Below the pieces are notes generated by a model. The model was not told the DNA's origin. It ran no database searches and saw nothing but the letters and a program-made list of their open reading frames with translations. Source: Mycobacterium arosiense ATCC BAA-1401 = DSM 45069 (GTDB taxonomy: Bacteria > Actinomycetota > Actinomycetes > Mycobacteriales > Mycobacteriaceae). Taken from it: 32,000 nucleotides of DNA. The stretch lies in assembly GCF_002086125.1 (NCBI RefSeq), contig NZ_MVHG01000005.1, positions 1 to 32,000 on the forward strand. Reading direction: 5' to 3'. This document shows positions 8,644-17,421 of this stretch, one piece after another. Made by a program: the position numbers and the translations under genes. Within the stretch, counting starts at the first letter, position 1. Each line of letters starts with the position of its first letter.

Positions 8644-9285
8644 ATGCTCGCCTCCGGACGGGACCGGCTGTTGTCCGCAGCCCTGCGGCTCTTTGCCGCC
8701 AAGGGCTACGCGGCGACGTCGGTGGCCGACATCCAGCGGGAATCGGGGCTGGCGCCGGGGTCCGGTGCGCTCTACAAGCACTTCGGCTCCAAGCGCGAAC
8801 TCCTCGAGGCGGCCGTCGCGCACCGAATCGACAGCATCGTGGCGGCGCGCGAGCAATACGACGCGGGGCAACCGGGGAGCGTCGAGCGGGCGGTGCGCAT
8901 CGCCGGCCAGCTGATCTGGAGCAACCTCAAGCAGAGCGAAGACCTGCTCAAGGTCATGCTGCGCGAACCCGACGAGCTCGGCGATCTCGATGAGAAGACG
9001 TGGCAGGTGATCACCGACAACGCCTACCAACGCTTCGCCGACGAGCTGACCGCTTCGAATCGGTCCGGCCGCACCAGCATTCCCGACCCCGAGGCGGCCG
9101 CGGCCGTCGCGATCGGGTCGCTGTCCTACGCGGCGACGCTCCAAGCGCTGACCGGTCGCCTGCCGGGCAACACCGACGAAGAACGGTATTTCGAGGCGTG
9201 GGTCAACCAAACGGTCAGCGTCCTCAACCAGTACACGAACCCTCGAAAACCTTTGAACATCAATGATTCAGGAGTACAGCTGTGA
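8644..9285 (+). CDS. TetR/AcrR family transcriptional regulator (213 aa)
   Basis: The N-terminal HTH reads [49 protein letters not shown]. Its stop overlaps the next gene's GTG (GTGA at 9282-9285). Confidence 0.85.
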   Translation: MLASGRDRLLSAALRLFAAKGYAATSVADIQRESGLAPGSGALYKHFGSKRELLEAAVAHRIDSIVAAREQYDAGQPGSVERAVRIAGQLIWSNLKQSEDLLKVMLREPDELGDLDEKTWQVITDNAYQRFADELTASNRSGRTSIPDPEAAAAVAIGSLSYAATLQALTGRLPGNTDEERYFEAWVNQTVSVLNQYTNPRKPLNINDSGVQL

Positions 9286-10493
9286 CCTTCTCACTGCAAC
9301 TGTCCGACGACGTGATCGAAGTCCGCGATTGGGTGCACCAGTTCGCGGCCGACATCATTCGACCGGCCGCGGCCGAATGGGACGAACGGGAGGAAACCCC
9401 GTGGCCGGTGATCCAGGAGGCCGCGAAGGTGGGGCTGTACTCCCCCGACTTTTTCGCGCAGCAGGCCGCCGAAGAGACCGGGCTGGGGATGTTGACCGCG
9501 TTCGAGGAGATGTTCTGGGGTGACGCCGGAATCGCGCTGTCCATCATGGGCACCGGCCTGGCCGCGGCGGCGCTGGCCGGCAACGGAACTCCCGAACAGC
9601 TGGGCCGTTGGCTGCCCGAAATGTTCGGCACCGCAGACGAACCCAAGCTGGGCGCCTTCTGCTCATCGGAGCCCGATGCGGGTTCTGACGTCGGCGGCAT
9701 CCGCACCCGGGCCCGCTACGACGAGGCGGCCGGTGAGTGGGTACTCAACGGCACCAAGACCTGGGCCACCAACGGCGGCATCGCCAACGTGCACATCGTG
9801 GTGGCCTCGGTCTATCCCGAGCTCGGTACCCGCGGCCAGGCCAGCTTTGTCATCGGGCCGGACACCAAGGGTCTGGCGCAGGGCCAGAAGTTCAAGAAAC
9901 ACGGGATCCGCGCGTCGCACACCGCCGAGGTTGTCCTCGACAATGTCCGCCTGCCCGAGGACGCCATCCTCGGCGGCCGGGAGAAATTTGAGGCCCGGAT
10001 CGCCCGGGTCAAGTCCGGCGCCTCCACGGGTGGCCAGGCCGCGCTGAAGACCTTCGAGCGCACCCGGCCCACGGTCGGGGCCATGGCCGTCGGCGTCGCG
10101 CGGGCCGCCTACGAGTACGCGCTCGAATACGCCTGCCAGCGTGAGCAATTCGGCCGCAAGATTGGTGAGTTCCAGGCGGTCGCCTTCAAGCTCGCGGATA
10201 TGAAGTGCCGCATCGACGCGGCCCGCCTGCTGGTGTGGCGGGCTGGCTGGATGGCGCGCAACAACCAGAACTTCGACTCGGCCGAGGGTTCGATGGCCAA
10301 GCTGGTCGCGAGCGAGGCCGCGGTCTACGTCACCGACGAGGCCATACAGATCTTGGGCGGCAACGGCTACACCCGCGACTACCCCGTGGAGCGGATGCAC
10401 CGTGACGCGAAGATCTTCACCATCTTCGAGGGCACCAGCGAGATCCAGCGGTTGGTGATCTCGCGGGCGGTGACCGGCCTGCCCATCCGTTAG
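9282..10493 (+). CDS. Acyl-CoA dehydrogenase (FadE family), 403 aa
   Basis: Hallmarks include ...[18 protein letters not shown]..., WATNGG, and a C-terminal [15 protein letters not shown] carrying the catalytic Glu context. Confidence 0.9.
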   Translation: MTFSLQLSDDVIEVRDWVHQFAADIIRPAAAEWDEREETPWPVIQEAAKVGLYSPDFFAQQAAEETGLGMLTAFEEMFWGDAGIALSIMGTGLAAAALAGNGTPEQLGRWLPEMFGTADEPKLGAFCSSEPDAGSDVGGIRTRARYDEAAGEWVLNGTKTWATNGGIANVHIVVASVYPELGTRGQASFVIGPDTKGLAQGQKFKKHGIRASHTAEVVLDNVRLPEDAILGGREKFEARIARVKSGASTGGQAALKTFERTRPTVGAMAVGVARAAYEYALEYACQREQFGRKIGEFQAVAFKLADMKCRIDAARLLVWRAGWMARNNQNFDSAEGSMAKLVASEAAVYVTDEAIQILGGNGYTRDYPVERMHRDAKIFTIFEGTSEIQRLVISRAVTGLPIR

Positions 10494-10605
10494 CGGGTGT
10501 CCAAGACACGAGCATCTGGACCCTACGGCCGCGGATTCACGATCTCCAACGCGGGGATCACCCCCGCCGGATGACCGCGAGCACTGGGCGCGACATGATG
10601 ACCGA

Positions 10606-11823
10606 ATGACCACCGAGATCCGGGTTCTCGACAGCGAGGACGACCTCATCGCCGCGGCCAAACTTTTTCGCACCGCGATGGTGGGATTGCCACCCATGTC
10701 GAACCTGCCGGCCGGCCAGATCACCAAACTGCTCGACCCCGGTCGCACCATCGGCGCATTCGTCAACGGACAACTCGTCGGTACCGCGGACGCCGTGACG
10801 AGCACGCTGACCCTTCCCGGGGGAGCCACGGTGAACCACGCCGCCGTGACCCACATCGGCGTGCTGCCGTCTTTCACCCGGCGAGGCATCGCCACCCAGT
10901 TGGTCGGCCACCAGCTTCACGACATCGCCGCGCGCGGTGAGGTGGTCGCATCGTTGCGGGCCTCGGAGGCCACCATTTACGGCCGGTACGGCTACGGGGT
11001 GGCGAGTTTTTTCCAGAGCGTGGAAATCACGACCGCGCGGGCCGCGTTTCGCCCCGACGTCGGGTTGGGCGGTCCGGTGCGTCTGCTGGGCGGCTCCGAG
11101 ATCTGGGAGATCCTGCCCCGGGTCTATGACGCCAATCGACCGTCGCGTCCGGGCACCATCGACCGTCCCGGCGTGTGGTGGGAAAGCGCCCGGCTTCGCA
11201 CCGAATCATTCTCGGGGGCTTGGTATGTCGCGGTGCACGGCGAGCCGGGTGCCGAATCCGGCTTCGTGCGCTACCGGCCGATCGATACCGAGAATTGGTT
11301 CGTCAGCGATCAGCGCACCATCGTGGTCGAAGATTTCTTCGCGCCCACCGCGGACGCGTATCTCGGGTTGCTGCGTTTCCTGCTCGGCTTGGATCTCGTT
11401 CACCGCGTGCTGTTTTGGATGCTACCCCTCGACGACACGCTGCCCTGGCTGTTCCTCGATCGCCGGGCGGCGAAGGTCACCGCGGTGCACGACGAAACAT
11501 GGTTGCGCGTCATCGACGCGGAGCGCGCGCTGGCGGCGCGATCCTATGCCGGCGAAGGAACCGTGACGATCGCGGTGAACGACCCCCTGCTGCCGAGTAA
11601 TTCGTCGACGTTCACCATCACCGGTGACGGCGCCGAACCGACGACGCGCCGCGCCGACGTCCACGTCGGGATCGAAGGACTGGGCGCCGCGCTGCTCGGC
11701 GGCACAACCTGGCGCAGCCTCGCCGCCGCCGGAATGGCCCGCGCCGACGATCCCGCGGCGCTGGATGTGGCTGATCGGCTGTTCGCGGTCCCCGACCCAC
11801 CGCACGCCGGCACGTTCTTCTAA
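10606..11823 (+). CDS. Eis-like GNAT acetyltransferase with a C-terminal SCP2-like domain (405 aa)
   Basis: GNAT motif A reads VTHIGVLPSFTRRGIATQL, followed by ASEATIYGRYGYG. Size and tripartite layout match Eis (Rv2416c family). The protein ends in ...GTFF, and the terminal Phe carboxylate is catalytic in Eis. Confidence 0.8.
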   Translation: MTTEIRVLDSEDDLIAAAKLFRTAMVGLPPMSNLPAGQITKLLDPGRTIGAFVNGQLVGTADAVTSTLTLPGGATVNHAAVTHIGVLPSFTRRGIATQLVGHQLHDIAARGEVVASLRASEATIYGRYGYGVASFFQSVEITTARAAFRPDVGLGGPVRLLGGSEIWEILPRVYDANRPSRPGTIDRPGVWWESARLRTESFSGAWYVAVHGEPGAESGFVRYRPIDTENWFVSDQRTIVVEDFFAPTADAYLGLLRFLLGLDLVHRVLFWMLPLDDTLPWLFLDRRAAKVTAVHDETWLRVIDAERALAARSYAGEGTVTIAVNDPLLPSNSSTFTITGDGAEPTTRRADVHVGIEGLGAALLGGTTWRSLAAAGMARADDPAALDVADRLFAVPDPPHAGTFF

Positions 11824-12788
11824 CCGGGTCGGCGGTCCGGCTCCGCGCGCTGCATCACCAGGCGTACACCGGCCACGACCAAGTCGGGCTGGTGCAACTG
11901 GATGAAGTGGTCACTGCCGGTGGCGATCAGGTGCGGTGTCTGGGGCCGCAGCGCGATCAGATCCGCCGAGGCGTCTCGCCACGCCTGTTCCAGCTTCGCG
12001 CCCTGCTCCGGCGAGACGGTGCCCGGGACCGCGAACGGCTCGGTCCTGGTCAACACGACGGTGGGAACTGGCGGGAAAGCCGGGGCCGCGCCGACTTGTT
12101 CGACGCTCTTCTCGATGTCGATCTCCTCGAACGACGGCGCATTCGCGAACTGCGGCAACGGCTGGTCCAGCGCCTGCCGATAGGTGGCCCAATCCGGTCC
12201 TAACAGCCTCGGTATCTCGACCGGGAAGGCATCGACGAACGCCAGCGCCCGCACCTGATTCGGATACGTTTGGGCATATAACCGGATGAACAGCCCGCCG
12301 AGCGAATGTCCGACCAAAATGTACGGGCCCGGAAGGTGAGCGGCGGCCAGTAACGCATGCAGATCTTGGACTACGTCCTGCGCGGTGCGCGGCATCGGAA
12401 CCGGTGAGCTGCGGTCGGTGATGCTGGGCGGATCGGGATAGCGCAGCGTGCCGGGCCGGTCATACGCGCAAACGCGGTGGTCGCCGCCCAGGACCGTCAG
12501 TACGGCCGGACCCGCGGCCGGTGCGGTGGCGTCGGACTGACTCCACGGATCCGACGAGTTGTGATAGCCGGACTCCAATATTATTGTCGGGCCGCCCTTT
12601 CCGTGGCACTTGAGGTATAGGTGCCGCCCGTTGCCGATCTCGATCGGCCCGGCGAAGTCACCGCCAGAGGCCGGCGCACTGCGGTGCGCCGGATCGCCGC
12701 AGCCCGCCAGCACGAGCAACAACGCGAGGGTGGACAGGAAGCGGTGAATACCCGCAGCGGTTCTTCGGATCTCTCGCATTGCACGCAT
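11820..12788 (-). CDS. Alpha/beta-fold hydrolase, probable lipoprotein
   Basis: The signal peptide and lipobox read LALLLVLAGC. The nucleophile elbow is VGHSLGG. ATG at 12788 or 12779 could be the start. Its stop overlaps the Eis-like gene's stop tail-to-tail. Confidence 0.8.
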   Translation of the reverse strand: MRAMREIRRTAAGIHRFLSTLALLLVLAGCGDPAHRSAPASGGDFAGPIEIGNGRHLYLKCHGKGGPTIILESGYHNSSDPWSQSDATAPAAGPAVLTVLGGDHRVCAYDRPGTLRYPDPPSITDRSSPVPMPRTAQDVVQDLHALLAAAHLPGPYILVGHSLGGLFIRLYAQTYPNQVRALAFVDAFPVEIPRLLGPDWATYRQALDQPLPQFANAPSFEEIDIEKSVEQVGAAPAFPPVPTVVLTRTEPFAVPGTVSPEQGAKLEQAWRDASADLIALRPQTPHLIATGSDHFIQLHQPDLVVAGVRLVMQRAEPDRRPG

Positions 12789-12882
12789 CGCGCTATTGTG
12801 CGGGTATGTCGGCCCCAGGTGGAAGCAAAGTCGTTGCGATCCGGGTCTGTCGTGGCAGCCCGGTCGCTGCGGGTCGCCTGCT

Positions 12883-13629
12883 CTACCCGCGGCGCCGCGC
12901 GATCCGGGTCTCCACAGCGCCCAAGGCGCCGTCGGTCAACTTGCCCAGGCCGGCCAACAGCACGATGGCCAGGAGCATCACGTCGGTGCGGCCGGTGTTT
13001 TGGCTATCGATGAGCAGGAAGCCGAGCCCCTTCGAGGACGCGATCAGTTCGGCTGCGACCACGAAGAGCCACGCGTTCGCCAACCCCAGCCGCAATCCGT
13101 TCACCAGCTCCGGTGCGGCGGCGGGCAGCATCACCGTCGTCAATAGCGACACACCATGACGCCCGTAGGCTCGCCCGACCTCCAGCAGGTGGGGGTCGAT
13201 GTGGGCCAGCGCCGACGCCGTCGTCGTATAAACCGGGAAGAATGCGCCGATGGCCACCATCAGGATCTTCGGTGTCTCGTCGATGCCAAACCACAAGAGC
13301 AGCAACGGCACCCACGCCAAGGACGGCACGGTCCGGAAGGCGGCCAGGGTGGGCGCCAGCAGCCTGCGCACGGTGACCGACAACCCCACCAGTGAACCCA
13401 GTGTGAGCGCGACGCCCGCCCCGGCCAAGTAGCCGACCAGCACGCGCGAACCGCTGGCCTTCAGATGAGTCCAGAGTTCACCGTGCCGAAGCAGCCCGCC
13501 GAGCGCGGACACCACGTCGCCGGGGGGCGGCAGCTGGCTGGGGGCAAAAAAGCCGGTCACCGCCGTGGCGAGCTGCCAAATCACCAGCAGCAAAGCCGGA
13601 ACGATCAGGCCGATCAACGCCGACGGCAC
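12883..13629 (-). CDS. ABC transporter permease, NitT/TauT (SsuC/TauC-like) family
   Basis: It has multiple TM helices and an EAA-like loop (...LLEVGRAYGRHGVSLLTTVMLPAAAPELVNGLRLGLANAW...). The tracked 518-aa ORF reads through the antisense of the upstream SBP gene. The first usable in-frame start after the SBP stop is GTG at 13629, so the start is uncertain. Confidence 0.75.
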   Translation of the reverse strand: MPSALIGLIVPALLLVIWQLATAVTGFFAPSQLPPPGDVVSALGGLLRHGELWTHLKASGSRVLVGYLAGAGVALTLGSLVGLSVTVRRLLAPTLAAFRTVPSLAWVPLLLLWFGIDETPKILMVAIGAFFPVYTTTASALAHIDPHLLEVGRAYGRHGVSLLTTVMLPAAAPELVNGLRLGLANAWLFVVAAELIASSKGLGFLLIDSQNTGRTDVMLLAIVLLAGLGKLTDGALGAVETRIARRRG

Positions 13630-13655
13630 CTTCGTCAGCCGCCCAACCTTTGGCG

Positions 13656-14624
13656 TCAGCGCGCTTGCTGCGCGAACTTCGGCTCGAACAGCGTGTTCAG
13701 TGCGCTGCGGCCGGCGTCCTCGGATTTGATATCGCCGTCCGCCACGGCCAGCGGCACCACCCTGGTCAGCACCGCGCGCAGCGAATCGTCCGGCACCGGC
13801 GAGATGTCCAATGCCGTTCGACCCAGCTCCTCTTGCGCCACGCTCGGCGCTACCTTCGCCTGCGAGGCCAGCAATGCCGCCAGCTCCGCCGGGTGCTTCG
13901 TTGCCCACTTCCGGGCCTCCTCGTAGGTATTGACCACCAACTGCACCGAATCGGGATGCGCGGCGATGAAGTCCTCGCGCACGTTCAGGACACCGCCGGA
14001 GTTGAAATCGGGGTTGCGGTAGATGATGCGGGAACCCTGCTGCTGAATCGTTTCGGCCATGAACGGATCCAATCCGGACCACGCGTCGACGTCGCCGCGC
14101 TCCAGCGCGGTCTTGCCGTCGGCGTGTTGCAAGTTGACGATCTCGATGTCGGCGGACGAAAGCCCCGCTGTTGCAAGCGATTGCAGCAGGAAGAAGTAGG
14201 GGTCGGTTCCCTTCGTGACCGCGACCTTCTTGCCCTTCAGGTCCGCTACGGAGTTGATAGGTGAGTTCTTGGCGACAACGAGCGCCGTCCACTCCCCCTT
14301 GGCGTAGACGTCGACGGTCTTGATCGGCGTGCCGTTGGCCCGGGCCAACAAGGCGGGAGAACCTCCGGTGGAGCCGAAGTCCAGGGCCTTTGACCGTAGT
14401 CCCTCGTTGGCCTTGTTGCTGCCCTGCGACAGCACCCAAGTGACGTTATAACCCTGCTTTTCCAGCAGGTGCTGATCGCGGATGACCAGGCTCAACGGGT
14501 TGTAATAGGCGTAGTCCAGGTGGAGGTCCTTCGACGTCGCCGTGCCGTTGCTCGAACCGCAGGCAGACGCCGCGGCAACCACTGCGGCGGTCACCGCCAT
14601 CGTCATCAGATATCGCCGCTTCAC
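13656..14624 (-). CDS. ABC substrate-binding lipoprotein, SsuA/TauA/NMT1 family (322 aa)
   Basis: The signal peptide and lipobox read VAAASAC. The mature sequence ...LDYAYYNPLSLVIRDQHLLEKQGYNVTWV..GSNKANEGLRS.ALDFGSTGGSPAL... is typical of aliphatic sulfonate/taurine-type binding proteins. A GTGA overlap links it to the upstream ATPase. Confidence 0.85.
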   Translation of the reverse strand: MKRRYLMTMAVTAAVVAAASACGSSNGTATSKDLHLDYAYYNPLSLVIRDQHLLEKQGYNVTWVLSQGSNKANEGLRSKALDFGSTGGSPALLARANGTPIKTVDVYAKGEWTALVVAKNSPINSVADLKGKKVAVTKGTDPYFFLLQSLATAGLSSADIEIVNLQHADGKTALERGDVDAWSGLDPFMAETIQQQGSRIIYRNPDFNSGGVLNVREDFIAAHPDSVQLVVNTYEEARKWATKHPAELAALLASQAKVAPSVAQEELGRTALDISPVPDDSLRAVLTRVVPLAVADGDIKSEDAGRSALNTLFEPKFAQQAR

Positions 14625-15436
14625 GACGTCTTCGCCTCCTCATCGATCACGAATGACACGGTCGCACCACTGCGTCGGGGCACGCCGAGTTCGTCCAGTA
14701 GCCGATCACGCAGCGCGGTGATGCGCGGGTCGCCGCGGTCGCGTGGTTTGGCAATGCAGACGTCGAATTCCGCGACGATCCCGGCGCCGCCGGCCGCGTC
14801 GGCGCGCAGGATCAGGACCCGGTCGGCGAGAATCACCGCCTCGTCCACGTCGTGCGTGACCAGCACCGTGGTGGTGCCTGCCTCTTGTTGCACCGTGTCG
14901 AGCAGGTCCTGCATGCGCAGGCGGGTCAAGGCATCGAGAGCGGCCAGCGGCTCGTCGAGCAGCAGGACGCTGGGGCGCCGGGCCAGGGCCCGGGCCAGGC
15001 CGGCGCGTTGCGCCATACCGCCGGACACTTGTCGCGGATAGTGATCGCGGAATTTGGTCAGACCGACAACGTCCAGCCAGTGCTGCACTGCGGCAGAACC
15101 TTTCGACCGCGCCGTGCCCGGTGTCAGGCCGAATTCGACGTTGGCCGATAATGACCGCCAGGGCAGTAGGCGGGGTTCCTGGAACACCACGGCGCAGCGC
15201 GGGTCGATCCCTCGGACGGACTCGCCGTCGATCTCGATCCGTCCAGCGGTGGGAAGGTCCAAACCGGCGATCAGTCGCAGCAGCGTCGATTTGCCGCTGC
15301 CGGACGCCCCCAGCAAGGCGACGACCTCGCCGGGCTCGATCTCGACGTCGACGTCGTGCAGCACGGTGTGCGTACCGAACCTGCGGTTGACACCGCGAAG
15401 TGACACGCGCGCCGGCGCGGGATTGGTCGTCGTCAC
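14621..15436 (-). CDS. ABC transporter ATP-binding protein (SsuB/TauB-like), fully canonical motifs
   Basis: Walker A is GASGSGKST, the Q-loop VVFQEPRLLPW, the signature VSGGMAQR, Walker B LLLDEPLAALD and the H-loop LVTHDVDEA. Confidence 0.9.
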   Translation of the reverse strand: MTTTNPAPARVSLRGVNRRFGTHTVLHDVDVEIEPGEVVALLGASGSGKSTLLRLIAGLDLPTAGRIEIDGESVRGIDPRCAVVFQEPRLLPWRSLSANVEFGLTPGTARSKGSAAVQHWLDVVGLTKFRDHYPRQVSGGMAQRAGLARALARRPSVLLLDEPLAALDALTRLRMQDLLDTVQQEAGTTTVLVTHDVDEAVILADRVLILRADAAGGAGIVAEFDVCIAKPRDRGDPRITALRDRLLDELGVPRRSGATVSFVIDEEAKTS

Positions 15437-15499
15437 CCCGGCAGCCTAGGAACGTCCCCGGCCCGCCGCCAGGTTTGCGTTGATCATGATTCGAATGCC

Positions 15500-16615
15500 C
15501 TATTGCGCCCGAACGAATCCCGCGCCGACGGCCGGGTTGGCCCCGGCGTCGCGCAGCACCGCGGTCGCGGCATCCGATTGGACCGCTCCCTCGGGCAACG
15601 TGGCGGCCGGTATCGCCTTGATGCGGTAGAGGAATTCGGTAGCCGTCTTGATCAGCTCGGCGCTCTCGCCGGTGGGCGCGAACGGAAGACGTAGCCGGAT
15701 TCCCTGCGCGCTGCCGCCTTGGTCGGCGGGCCATTTACGGTAGAGCGAGTCACGCAGGTCGGCCGCCGAATAGCCCTCCGTTTGGCTCTGGGCAAGGCGC
15801 ACGACGTCGTCGGCATTGGCCGGATCGGCGAGGTAACGCTGTGCGTCGAGTTCCGCCTTGAGCCAGCTCTTGGCGATGTCGGGATGTTTGTCGGTGAACT
15901 CCTTGTCCATCACCAGGAACCCGCCGTCGTGCTGGCCGGTAAGTGCCCCGCTCGCAACGCGTTTGGCGAGCCCGGCGTTGATCAGTTTCGATGGCACCGG
16001 CTCCCAGACGATGGCGGCATCGATGGTGTGGTTCTGAAAGCTCGAGGTGATCACCTCGATGCTTTGGTTGAGGTAGGCGGCCGGCTTGACGCCCAGTGCG
16101 TCGAAGGTGGCCTGGGCGATACGGTCGGTGCAACTGCCCTGCGGCGTGGCGACGGTCTTGCCGTTGAACCAGGCCACGGCGTCGCGTTGGTTGGCGAAGT
16201 CGGGTGCGTCCGGGCGCACCAGAAACACGCCGCATTGGTCCTCTGAAAGCCCCAGTGTCGCAACGATTCGCAAGTCGCGGGTGCTGCGCTTGCTCACCCC
16301 GACGATGGACGGCATGTCGCCCACATAGCCGATCTGCTGCTTGCCGGCCAACAGCTGGCTCACCACGATCGAGCCCTGCAGGCCGACCTGGAAGTCCACC
16401 GTCGAACCTTTCGGCAGGTATTTCTTCCAGAATTCCTTGCCCCGCATGACCACGCCCGACCACGCCTCGGTGTAGTACGGCTGGTAGCCGACAGTGAGGT
16501 GCACCGCTCCGCCGCTGGAGACGATGTCCTTCCCGCCGATGTTCCCGACGGCCGCGCAGCCGACGACGGTCAGCAAGGTGGTCAGCGCAACGGCGAGGGC
16601 GTTTTTCAGTCGCAT
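15500..16615 (-). CDS. ABC substrate-binding lipoprotein, NMT1/SsuA-like (371 aa)
   Basis: The lipobox is LLTVVGC. ...LTVGYQPYYTEAWSG... and ...IDAAIVWEPVPSKL... are typical of the family's periplasmic binding fold. It is the last gene of the five-gene module. Confidence 0.8.
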   Translation of the reverse strand: MRLKNALAVALTTLLTVVGCAAVGNIGGKDIVSSGGAVHLTVGYQPYYTEAWSGVVMRGKEFWKKYLPKGSTVDFQVGLQGSIVVSQLLAGKQQIGYVGDMPSIVGVSKRSTRDLRIVATLGLSEDQCGVFLVRPDAPDFANQRDAVAWFNGKTVATPQGSCTDRIAQATFDALGVKPAAYLNQSIEVITSSFQNHTIDAAIVWEPVPSKLINAGLAKRVASGALTGQHDGGFLVMDKEFTDKHPDIAKSWLKAELDAQRYLADPANADDVVRLAQSQTEGYSAADLRDSLYRKWPADQGGSAQGIRLRLPFAPTGESAELIKTATEFLYRIKAIPAATLPEGAVQSDAATAVLRDAGANPAVGAGFVRAQ

Positions 16616-16632
16616 CGGCGTCTTTCTGTCGT

Positions 16633-17421
16633 TCAGCGGTGCTGAGCTATCGGGGCTCGGAGCAGGTTTAAGGCGCGGTGTTTGATGTCTTGCAGGCGGT
16701 CGTCGTGCAGCAGATCGATCCGGTGCCGGGGGCGGGTCCGCTCGATGGTGAACTCCTCGCGCACCCGGGCGGGACGTCCCGTCATCACCAGCAGGCGGTC
16801 CGCAAGCAGCAGCGCCTCGTCGAGATCCGTAGTGATGAACAGGACCGTCCGCCGTTGTTCCGCGAGGAGTTCGGCCGTGTACTCCTGCATCAGCTCACGG
16901 GTCATCGCGTCCAGTCCCCGGAACGGCTCGTCGAGGATCAGCACCGCGGGCTCGTTGATCAACGCGCGAGCCAACTCGGCGCGGCGCCGCATGCCGCCGG
17001 AAAGCTCTGCGGGATAGCGGTTGGCGAACTCGGCGAGCCCCACCCGGGCCAAAACGGCGTCCGCGCGCTGCCGCGCAGCATCGCGGTCCTCGCCGCGCGC
17101 ACGCGGTCCGAACATGACGTTTTCGGCGGTCGTCAGCCACGGCATCAGCGCGTTTTCTTGAAATAGCAGCAGGCGTTCGGCCGAGGGACCGCGGGTTTCT
17201 TTGCCGTCGACGGTGATCAGGCCGCTGCTGGGTCGGTGATAGCCGGCCAGCAGGTATCCGATGGTCGTCTTGCCGCTGCCCGATGGCCCGATCATCGCGA
17301 CGATCTCACCGGGTGCCACGCTAAACGAACAGTCATCGATGATCCGGACGTCCTCGCGGCCCTTACGGATGCGAAAGGACACGCGCTCGAAAAGGACCGC
17401 GCCGGTTCGGTTTCCGGTCAT
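16633..17421 (-). CDS. ABC ATP-binding protein 'B' of the five-gene importer; the H-loop histidine is replaced
   Basis: The ATG at 17421 forms an ATGA overlap with the upstream permease stop. Walker A is GPSGSGKTT, the Q-loop LLFQENALMPW, the signature LSGGMRRR and Walker B LILDEPFRGLD. The H-loop position reads FITTDLDEA (Thr instead of His), confirmed at DNA level. The tracked 563-aa ORF is read-through. Confidence 0.85.
   Translation of the reverse strand: MTGNRTGAVLFERVSFRIRKGREDVRIIDDCSFSVAPGEIVAMIGPSGSGKTTIGYLLAGYHRPSSGLITVDGKETRGPSAERLLLFQENALMPWLTTAENVMFGPRARGEDRDAARQRADAVLARVGLAEFANRYPAELSGGMRRRAELARALINEPAVLILDEPFRGLDAMTRELMQEYTAELLAEQRRTVLFITTDLDEALLLADRLLVMTGRPARVREEFTIERTRPRHRIDLLHDDRLQDIKHRALNLLRAPIAQHR

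Noticed and set aside
9663-10895. 410-aa minus-strand ORF opposite the acyl-CoA dehydrogenase and the Eis-like gene
   Set aside because: It spans two plus-strand genes and their intergenic gap, and its composition is typical of antisense frames.
12836-12911. 13-bp exact direct repeat GCGATCCGGGTCT at 12836 and 12899
   Set aside because: One copy lies inside the permease coding region and the other in the intergenic spacer. There are no associated mobile-element genes or target-site logic. It is probably a chance or slippage product in GC-rich sequence.
12883-14439. 518-aa ORF as printed in the track
   Set aside because: Only the C-terminal ~248 aa are a permease. The N-terminal part is an out-of-frame read across the SBP gene, so I trimmed it to the first start after the SBP stop.
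14706-15734. 342-aa minus-strand ORF overlapping the ATPase and SBP genes out of frame
   Set aside because: It is extremely Arg-rich (RRRR runs). The alternative frame encodes a canonical ABC ATPase.
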